Source of the DNA: Octopus sinensis
Taxonomy: Eukaryota
DNA length: 8,892 nucleotides
NCBI RefSeq assembly: GCF_006345805.1
Contig: NW_021828303.1
Span: forward strand, 1-8,892
Reading direction: 5' to 3'
Below the pieces are notes generated by a model. That model was given only the letters and a program-made list of their open reading frames with translations, was not told where the DNA came from and did not search any database. The position numbers were made by a program, and so were the translations under genes. This document shows positions 1-7,797 of the stretch, piece after piece (position 1 is the stretch's first letter; every line of letters begins with the position of its first letter).

Positions 1-181
1 TCACGCTGTTGGCGTGTTTTACATTCCCATAACCTTGCGGTTCGGCAAAAGACACCGATAGAATAAATACCAGGCTTAAAAAAGTATCCTGGTGTCGATT
101 CATTGGAGTAAAAATTCTTCAGTGCGATGCCCCAGCATGGCCGCCGTCTAATGACTGAAACAAATAACAGATAAATGATAA
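1..181 (+). mobile_element. 3' half of a family A tRNA-derived SINE, diverged and cut by the window edge
   Basis: Colinear with ~3375-3535 of the full copy: GCGGTTCGGCAAAAGA-ACCGATAGAATAA-TAC, GTCGATT, CCAGCATGGCCGC-GTC-AATGACTGAAACAA, then an A-rich tail. Confidence 0.88.
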
Positions 182-811
182 CAAATTGTAAATACGTTTT
201 CCTGAACTTTTATGCCGAATAGAAAAATGAAGAACAGATTTTACAGAATGTCAAATGTATGGGGGAGGCACGATTCAGACGAAAAATGACACAGAAAAAC
301 AACAAAAAAGCAGAAGGGTTCAGGTCAGGAAAGGGCGTCGGTGCATGCGCTGTCACAGTGCCTCACCGAATCTGCACTGTGTTGGTGATTCCCAGCGGCA
401 GACATTTTGCTAGTAATTTGTTGCTAGAAACTGCAGCTAAATTTTTGTCATATCTTACAGCCTGTTGTCTTAGAAAAACAAATAAAGGTCACAGATAATA
501 TAGTATTGGATTCTGTACAAATAGAAAAGACGGAATGGTCATGGTTGGAATATTTTTGATCATATGGCTGTTTGAGCAGTGATGACCCAGGGCTAAAGAA
601 CAACAATACCAAGACCAGATGCAACAAAGGGTGATAATTATAGAAAGACCCAAAGTGGGGGCCAGAAATAGGAATTGTCTTTGGAAAGGACCCAAAGATG
701 GCCACCCCTCATCATCCTCTCCTTCCAACGCTGTTTTTCCGGAAGCAAAGGTGGGGAAACTAATGTATACCAAAAGGGGCACGTTTCATTGATTGTAATT
801 GAAATAGTAGG

Positions 812-940
812 CAGAAAGGAGAGAAAGAGGGAGAAAGAGAAGGAGAGAGAGAGAGAGAAGAAGAGGAAGAGTATGGAGAAGAGGAGAGAGTAAGGAGACA
901 AAGGGAGAAATAAAGAGAGTACGGAGAGAGAGAGAAGCGA
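812..940. repeat. Purine-rich (GA/GAGAA) low-complexity tract
   Basis: Almost only G and A, with imperfect (GA)n runs. Confidence 0.9.
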
Positions 941-983
941 GACATAGTCAATATGTGCTTACAGAAAAGTTGGTGAACAGAGA

Positions 984-984
<1 letters not shown>

Positions 985-1033
<49 letters not shown>

Positions 1034-1038
1034 CATAC

Positions 1039-1069
<31 letters not shown>

Positions 1070-1328
1070 CATACATACATATATATATATGCATATTGTA
1101 TATATATATATACATATATATATATGTATATATATATGTATATATACATATATTTATGTATATGTATACATACATACATATATATATATATAAACAAATA
1201 TATGTATATATGTGTACATATATGTATATGTTTATATATGAATATACATACTCGCGCACACACATTTACATGCATAGAAGTGTGTGAATATATATATGTC
1301 AGTGTGCTTGTATGTGTCTACAAAAAGT

Positions 1329-1359
<31 letters not shown>
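985..1359. repeat. Compound (TA)n/(TACA)n/(TATG)n microsatellite
   Basis: Pure (TA)n at ~986-1025, then degenerate TA/CA/TG alternation. It accounts for the YI-rich ORFs. Confidence 0.95.
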
Positions 1360-1475
1360 CGAGAGAGTGAGAGAGAGAGAAAGGGAGAAAGAGACAGAGT
1401 GTGAATGAGAGAGAGCAAAATGCTTGACCGATAGATAAATAGATAGATAGAGAAAGATATAGAGAAAGAGGAAGG
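1360..1475. repeat. (GA)n followed by degenerate (GATA)n
   Basis: GAGAGAGTGAGAGAGAGA... then GATAGATAAATAGATAGATAG. Confidence 0.85.
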
Positions 1476-1587
1476 GAACTATTTCGATGAATAGATGGCT
1501 GGCAATCTACCTTACGCTTTTTCACGGTTTGCCAAGATTTAAAGCGAATTTCTTTTACTTTCTTCTCTTAAGAAACTGTGTTTTTGT

Positions 1588-1645
1588 GGCTGCTGTTGTT
1601 GTTGTTGCTGTTGTTGTTGTTGTTGTTGTTGTTGGTGGTGGTGGT
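1588..1645. repeat. (GTT)n microsatellite with GCT and GGT variants
   Basis: Direct reading; it produces the poly-Q of ORF 1539..1799 on the minus strand. Confidence 0.95.
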
Positions 1646-1655
1646 AGAAGATAGA

Positions 1656-2252
1656 CGGCGAGCTGGCAGAAACGTTAGCACGCCGGGCGAAATGCTTAGC
1701 GGTATTTCGTCTGCCGTTACGTTCTGAGTTCAAATTCCGCCGAGGTCGACTTTGCCTTTCATCCTTTCGGGATCGATTAAATAAGTACCAGTTACGCACT
1801 GGGGTCGATGTAATCGACTTGATCCGTTTGTCTGTCCTTGTTTGTCCGCTCTGTGTTTAGCCCCTTGTGGGTAGTAAAGAAATAGGTAATCCGTCTGTCT
1901 CTACGTTCTGAGTTCAAATGTCGCCGAGGTCGATTTTGCCTTTCATCCTTTCGCGGTCGATAAATTAAGTACCAGTTACGCACTGGGGTCGATATAATCG
2001 ACTTAGTCCATCTGTCTGTCCTTGTTTGTCCCCTCTGTGTGTAGCTCCTTGTGGGTAGTAAAGAAATAGGTATTTCGTCTGCCGTTACGTTGTGAGTTCA
2101 AATGTCGCCGAGGTCGACTTTGCCTTTCATCCTTTCGGGGTCGATAAATTAAGTACCAGTTACGCACTGTGGTTGATGTAATCGACTTAATACCTATGTC
2201 TGTCCTTGTTTGTCCTCTCTGTGTTCAGCCCCTTGTGGGTAATAAAGAAATA
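1656..2252 (+). mobile_element. Family B tRNA-derived SINE: one 5' head plus three tandem 184-bp body units
   Basis: A-box-like TGGCAGAAACG at 1664-1674 and B-box-like GAGTTCAAATTCC at 1726-1738. Units start with GGTA at 1701, 1885 and 2069, and GGTA recurs at 2253. The central GCCTTTCATCCTTTCGGGGTCGATAAATTAAGTACCAG resembles, from memory, the conserved Meta-type SINE domain. Flanking direct repeat GGTAGA(A/C)GATAGA at 1643-1655 and 2253-2265. Confidence 0.88.
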
Positions 2253-2311
2253 GGTAGACGATAGAGAGAGCAGTTACACACTTAGACCCACACACACTCA
2301 CACAAATGCCC

Positions 2312-2460
2312 AGCTCACTTTGTAACCACCTGGCTTCTGGTTCAGTTTCAATCTCGCTGCGTGACCCCTCGGTTAAGTGTCTTCTATTACAGCCTCCGAG
2401 CCAGCTAAACGCTTTGTGAGAGAATTTGGTAGACGGAAACTGTGTGGAAGCCTGTCATAC
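2312..2460 (+). mobile_element. Decayed 5'-part fragment of family A SINE
   Basis: Colinear with ~3162-3302: AACCAC-TGG, GGTTCAGT, CTGCGTG, AAGTGTCTTCT, TTGTGAG-GAATTTGGTAGACGGAAACTG, GAAGCCTGTC. Confidence 0.82.
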
Positions 2461-2627
2461 GTTGCTTCCCAATAACACGCTTCCAGGTTCAGTCTTCTAA
2501 GATAGAAGATACTTGCCCAAGGTCAGTGGCATCCTGAGCAAGTGTCTACTACCATAGCCTCGGGTTGACCAAAGCCCTGTGAGTGAATTTGGTTGACGGA
2601 AACTGAAAGAAGCCCGTTGTATATATC
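2461..2627 (+). mobile_element. Second 5'-part fragment of family A SINE with an internal inverted insertion
   Basis: GGTTCAGTC at 2486-2494, GTGGCATCCTGAGCAAGTGTCT, and GTGAGTGAATTTGGTTGACGGAAACTGAAAGAAGCCCGTTGTATATAT match 3189-3305. Confidence 0.85.
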
Positions 2628-3135
2628 GACAGTTGATCATAAAATCATTATCAATGAGGCCTAATGAATATTTAGTTCTGGAATATCTGACTAATCGAAT
2701 AATCGAATAATTTTGACATTTCATTCTCTTGGAAGTAAGAAATTTGGAGTAAAAAGAATCTTATCGTTATGGCGCCTTTCTGTTATTGCAATTCATAAAC
2801 TTAAGTTAACCGCCCACCACTCTGACAGGTTTCCTCGCCCTCGCTTGACATTGTTAGGTGGAGTTGATTGCTGCATCGTAAATAATTGCCTCAGCTTTTC
2901 AAGACTAAAAAAAAACTCTGTGGGAACTCTGATTCTACCAGGGTAATGTATCCCTGTTAGATTGAAGGGATATCTTATGGAGAATATCTGCCGAAAGATA
3001 TTTTATATGCTTACTCGTCAAAGATTCTTCTGTTAACAAATTATATATCGATATAAAAAATTACTTGATAAAAATACTTTGAAACTAAGTTATGCATTAA
3101 ATGTGAAAATGAGAATTACAAGAAATACCATCAAA

Positions 3136-3553
3136 GGTGCAGGAGTGGCTGTGTGGTAAGTAGCTTGTTTACCAACCACATGGTTCCGGGTTCAGTCCCA
3201 CTGCGTGGCATCTTGGGCAAGTGTCTTCTGCTATAGCTCCGGGCCGACCAATTCCTTGTGAGTGGATTTGGTAGACGGAAACTGAAAGAAGCCTGTCGTA
3301 TATATGTATATATATATATATGTATGTGTGTGTGTTTGTGTGTCTGTGTTTGTCCCCCTAGCATTGCTTGACAACCGATGCTGGTGTGTTTACGCCCCCC
3401 AAACTTAGCGGTTCGGCAAAAGAGACCGATAGAATAAGTACTGGGCTTACAAAGAATAAGTCCGGGGTCGATTTGCTCGACTAAAGGTGGTGCTCCAGCA
3501 TGACCGCAGTCAAATGACTGAAACAAGTAAAAGAGTAAAGAGTAAAGAGTAAA
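3136..3553 (+). mobile_element. Full-length family A tRNA-derived SINE (CORE-like segment, internal microsatellite, tandem-repeat tail)
   Basis: A box TGGCTGTGTGG at 3146-3156 and B box GGTTCAGTCCC at 3189-3199. GTGGCATCTTGGGCAAGTGTCTT at 3205-3227 resembles the MIR/CORE motif GTGACCTTGGGCAAGT. Internal (TA)n(TG)n at ~3299-3352, 3' stem-loop CAGTC-AAAT-GACTG at 3507-3520, tail (GAGTAAA)3 at 3533-3553. Three other partial copies occur in this window. Confidence 0.92.
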
Positions 3554-3670
3554 CCAACATACGTAAATTGTTCTTAGAATTCTGTTGTGTCTGGGGAGAA
3601 TCATTTTCTTTTTGTGCCTTATAATTTAACACACCAGCAAAATTTCCACTTATTTCTTATTTTTATTTTC

Positions 3671-3707
3671 CTAAAATTTTCGTTGCGTCTTGCAACCTTT
3701 TCAATAG
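3671..3707 (-). ncRNA. Candidate minimal type I hammerhead-like motif, variant U3-A8 core
   Basis: Minus strand reads CTA-TTGAAAA-G-GTTGC-AAGAC-GCAAC-GAAA-AT-T-T-TAG. Stem II is a perfect 5 bp, stem III is a palindromic AATT, and stem I is only 3 bp. Confidence 0.3.
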
Positions 3708-4313
3708 TCTTGACTCTTAGATTTGTTCTTATGGAAACAGAGTTATGTCTAAGAGTCAGTCCTTCCAAGCCGAGGCAATGATATACGAAGCGGAGTCAAT
3801 ATCCTAGGCACAAAATGAAGAAACTACGAAGTAAATGTGAGGACAAAATGGTGGGCGGTAAATTTAATTAACAAAATAAAAAACCTACTGATACTACACT
3901 TATTAGGCCTTATTAATAATGGCTTTCGGATCAATAATCAATGTAGGAAATTCTTTAATAAAAAATTGAATCTAGTTGCAGTTGTGCATCAAATGTGAAA
4001 CTTATAATTGGAAGAAAATGAACAGGGGTACATAACATTTTTGAAAACAAAGCTATACGCTATCAAACAGTGTTAGAAAACCGAAGCTATTATTTACGAG
4101 GCAGAGATCAACTCCAAGTAACAAAGGTGGAGACCTTTAATAAACCTGTCGCGTTGCGGAAATATAATTTAGAGAATGCAGCTAGAATCATAATATTTTT
4201 TTTAGAGACACTGAAGGATGAAATTCGGCATCAGCTGGAAAATTCTAGAAAGTTGCTCACATTAAAAAAAAACGCAGGTGTATAAGTTTAACGTTCGGAA
4301 AAAATAGAAAAGT

Positions 4314-4349
4314 CTTTTACGTTTCGAGCCTACGCTCTTCGACAGAAAG
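4314..4349 (-). ncRNA. Minimal type I hammerhead-ribozyme-like motif of the kind found in Penelope-like element termini; A6 replaced by U
   Basis: Minus strand reads CTTT-CTGTCGA-A-GAGC-GTAG-GCTC-GAAA-CG-T-A-AAAG. Stem I is CTTT/AAAG, stem II is GAGC/GCTC, stem III is a palindromic ACGT, and the cleavage triplet is GUA. Confidence 0.55.
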
Positions 4350-4388
4350 GAATAAGATGTAAAAAATGGAGAGAGAATCAAAACACGG

Positions 4389-4460
4389 ATATATATATGT
4401 GTGTGTATGTGTATAGCTCATATATATGTGTGTGTGTGTGTGTGTGTGTATGTGTGTGTA
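4389..4460. repeat. (TA)n(TG)n microsatellite at the 3' end of the family C SINE
   Basis: Direct reading. Confidence 0.92.
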
Positions 4461-4464
4461 ATCG

Positions 4465-4841
4465 TGGCACTCCGTCGGTTACGATGACGATGGTTCCAGT
4501 TGTTCCGATCAACGGAACAGCCTGCTCGTGAAATTAACGTGCATGTGGCTGAGTACTCCACAGACACGTGTACCCTGAACGTAGTTCTTGGGGGAGATTC
4601 AGCGTGACGCAGAGTGTGACACAGGCTGGCCCTTTTGAAATACAGGTACAACAGAAACAGGAAGAAAGAGTGAGAAAAATTTGTGGTGACAGTGTACAGC
4701 AGGGTTCGCTACCATCCCCTGACGGAGCCTCATGGAGCTTTAGGTGTTTCCGCTCAATAAACACTCACATTCTGGGAATCGAAACCGCGATCCTACAACC
4801 GCGAGTCCGCTGCCCTAACCACTGGGCCATTGCACCTCCGC
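4465..4841 (-). mobile_element. Family C tRNA-derived SINE
   Basis: Minus strand begins GCGGAGGTGCAATGGCCCAGTGGTTAGGGC. A box TGGCCCAGTGG at 4829-4819 and B-box-like GGTTTCGATTCCC at 4786-4774, at tRNA-like spacing. No acceptor-stem 3' strand follows; instead a ~300-bp GC-richer body ends in ...CGTAACCGACGGAGTGCCA beside a microsatellite. Confidence 0.8.
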
Positions 4842-4950
4842 ATATGTATAATATATAGACACCCACACAATAACTAAGCGAAAAGAATGATGACGAATCA
4901 TAAAATTACACGTTGCTGCAAATCACTGTTGTTGCCTGAGGGCCGTCTTA

Positions 4951-5030
4951 TTGCTGCTACCACGGCTGCTGCTGCTGCTGCTGTTGCTGTCGTTGTTGTT
5001 GTTGTTGTTGTTTGTTGATGTTGATGTTTT
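4951..5030. repeat. (GCT)n grading into (GTT)n and then GAT/GTT
   Basis: Direct reading. Confidence 0.9.
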
Positions 5031-5104
5031 AGATTTATACACTGAGGACGTTGACAGTAAGAAGCGGGGATAATGCTGATGCTGACACTGTCAATGATGC
5101 TCGC

Positions 5105-5253
5105 GATGACGACGGCAATGGTGATGATAGTGATGATGATGATGATGATGATGATGAATATTATAATGATGATGATGGTGATGGTGATGATGATGATGAT
5201 GATGGTGTTGGTGTTGATGATGATGATGATTATAATGATGATGATGGTGATGG

Positions 5254-5284
<31 letters not shown>

Positions 5285-5421
5285 TATTATAATGATGATG
5301 ATGGTGATGGTGATGATGATGATGAATATTATAATGATGATGATGGTGATGGTGATGATGATGATGATGATGGTGTTGGTGTTGATGATGATGATGATTA
5401 TAATGATGATGATGGTGATGG

Positions 5422-5452
<31 letters not shown>

Positions 5453-5668
5453 TATTATAATGATGATGATGGTGATGGTGATGATGATGATGATGATTAT
5501 GATAATGATGAAGATGGTGATGATGATGATGATGGTGGTGTTGGTGATGATGATGCTGATAACGATGAATATTATTATTATTATCATGATGATAATGATG
5601 ATGATGATGATGATGATTATGATAATGATGAAGACAATGATGATGAGGATGAATATAATAATGATGAA

Positions 5669-5702
<34 letters not shown>

Positions 5703-5791
5703 GTGATGATTATGATGATGAGGATGATGATGAAGAAGATGATGTTAAGGATGACGATGATGATGATGGTGTTGGTGATGATGATGATGAA

Positions 5792-5827
<36 letters not shown>

Positions 5828-5932
5828 AATGATGATGATGATGACGATACTGATGATGAGGATGATGATGATGATGGTGATGATGGTGATGATGATGATG
5901 ATGATGATGATTACGATGATGATGATGATGAT
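5105..5932. repeat. Large imperfect (GAT)n array 1 with an internal 168-bp duplication
   Basis: ~830 bp in a single triplet phase. The marker GAATATTATAAT occurs at 5156, 5282, 5324 and 5450. Confidence 0.97.
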
Positions 5933-6048
5933 TTCATTTATTTGCCGCCAGGGCGAAAGTTTTGGTGGCGGGTGTGGGGGCAAGATAGAGACAGACATAA
6001 AAGTGTGGGAGGTCTACATGGAATGAAATTAGAAGAAAGAACAACAAA

Positions 6049-6076
6049 ATGACGCTGACGATGCCGACGATAACGG

Positions 6077-6112
<36 letters not shown>

Positions 6113-6159
6113 GGATGATAATGATGATGAGGATGATGATGATGATTATGAGGATGATT

Positions 6160-6196
<37 letters not shown>

Positions 6197-6387
6197 CGAC
6201 GACGACGATGATGATGGAGATGATGATGATGATGATAGATTAGAAGTTGAAGATGATGAGGAAGTAGATGTTGAAGATGAAGTTGTTGTTGTTGATGATA
6301 ATGATGATGATGCTGATGAGGCTAAAGTAGAAATTGAAGATGATGATGATGGTGACGTTGATGAATGCGATGGATATGATTAGGATA

Positions 6388-6463
<76 letters not shown>

Positions 6464-7125
6464 CTATGATGAAATGAGGAGATGATGATGATTATGATGA
6501 CTATGATGATGATGGGATGATGATGATGATGATAATGATGATGATGATGATGGTGAAGTGGATTTGAATGATGATGATGATGGTGATTGATGATGACTAT
6601 GATGATGATGAGAGATGATGATGATGATGACTATGATGATGATGAGGATGATGATGATGATGATAATGATGATGATGATGGTGAAGTGATATTGAAGATG
6701 ATGATGATGATGGTGATGATGATGATGACGATAATGATGATGAGGATGATGATGATGATGATGACTATGATGATGATGAGGATGATGATGATGATGATAA
6801 TGATGATGATGATATGGTGAAGTGGATATTGAGATGATGATGATGATGGTGATGATGATGATGACGATAATGATGATGAGGATGATGATGATGATGATGA
6901 CTATGATGATGATGAGGATGATGATGATGATGATAATGATGATGATGATGATGGTGAAGTGGATATTGAAGATGATGATGATGATGGTGATGATGATGAT
7001 GACGATAATGATGATGAGGATGATGATGATGATGATGACTATGATGATGATGAGGATGATGATGATGATGATAATGATGATGATGATGATGGTGAAGTGG
7101 ATATTGAAGATGATGATGATGATGG

Positions 7126-7156
<31 letters not shown>

Positions 7157-7200
7157 GATGAACATGATGAGGACAATGACAATGGTGCTGATGTGATTAT
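6049..7200. repeat. Large imperfect (GAT)n array 2 with a ~138-bp higher-order repeat
   Basis: Pure GAT run at ~6390-6462. The marker GGTGAAGTGGATATTGAA, or 1-nt variants of it, occurs at 6552, 6680, 6816, 6953 and 7091. Confidence 0.97.
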
Positions 7201-7508
7201 CATCGTAGCTATTTGTATACAGTTTTTCAATCGTTATTATTATATTATAAAATATATTAGCAAAAAAAAAAAAGCCAAAAGCTATAACCCCACCCCCACA
7301 AACAAAAACAAACAGAACAAATAAATAAGCACAACAAAGTGATGGTAAACAACAAACCAACCTCCGCATGTACACAAATTCTTTCCCCGGGGATCAAATG
7401 AAGAAGAGACAGGTAATTTAGAAACCGTGGTTAATTGGTAAATAACTCCCACTGCGAGCTTCCTGCTCCGGTCAGACAATCAGGAACAATAAGTAAATAA
7501 ATAAACAA

Positions 7509-7552
7509 ATGATGATGATGATGATGACGATGATGATGATAATGATGATGAT
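7509..7552. repeat. Short (GAT)n tract
   Basis: Direct reading. Confidence 0.93.
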
Positions 7553-7562
7553 GTACATCTTA

Positions 7563-7700
7563 ATATGCATATACATACATACAAGAATATATATATATAT
7601 ATTACATACAAGTATATCATATATCTATACATACAAGTATATATATATATATTGATATATACATTTATATATATATACAGACATATATACATACATATAT
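7563..7700. repeat. Degenerate (TA)n/(TACA)n tract
   Basis: Direct reading. Confidence 0.9.
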
Positions 7701-7752
7701 ATCATCATCATCATTATCAACATCATCATCATCTTCATCATCATCATCTTCG

Positions 7753-7797
<45 letters not shown>

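Noticed and set aside
760-1525. Tyr/Ile-rich and Glu/Arg-rich ORFs
   Set aside because: They are translations of (TA)n and (GA)n microsatellites.
1701-2252. CRISPR-like array
   Set aside because: The units are homologous along their whole length with no unique spacers, there are no cas genes, and the context is eukaryotic.
2939-3002. Two adjacent 7-bp hairpins (TATCCCT/AGGGATA at 2949-2972 and AATATCT/AGATATT at 2983-3002)
   Set aside because: The stems are short and AT-rich, with no recognisable motif or second copy, so chance cannot be excluded.
3125-3562. Target-site duplication around the full family A SINE (ACCATCAAA vs ACCAACATA)
   Set aside because: Only 7/9 identical in A-rich sequence, which is not convincing.
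3131-3604. 157-aa minus-strand ORF, and similar ORFs at 1539..1799, 1792..1983 and 2497..2724
   Set aside because: They are antisense readings of SINE copies; the shared peptides simply reflect the repeats.
3915-3950. Third hammerhead-like remnant on the minus strand (TTGATTATTGATCCGAAAGCC)
   Set aside because: No convincing stem II or stem I can be drawn.
4770-4841. Functional tRNA gene
   Set aside because: It has A and B boxes but no acceptor-stem closure and a poorly paired anticodon arm, so it is better explained as a SINE head.
5951-5980. G-rich spacer between the GAT arrays as a G-quadruplex
   Set aside because: It has only three runs of three or more G, with a long first loop, so it is not a canonical G4.
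5051-6052. 333-aa Asp-rich ORF resembling molluscan acidic biomineralisation proteins (Aspein/Asprich)
   Set aside because: It starts at TTG and has no signal peptide. Asp is almost all GAT, and most other codons are one step from GAT. No single substitution of GAT gives a stop, so an open frame is expected. Overlapping poly-Met and poly-Ile frames are equally open. Spliced transcript evidence would be needed to reconsider.
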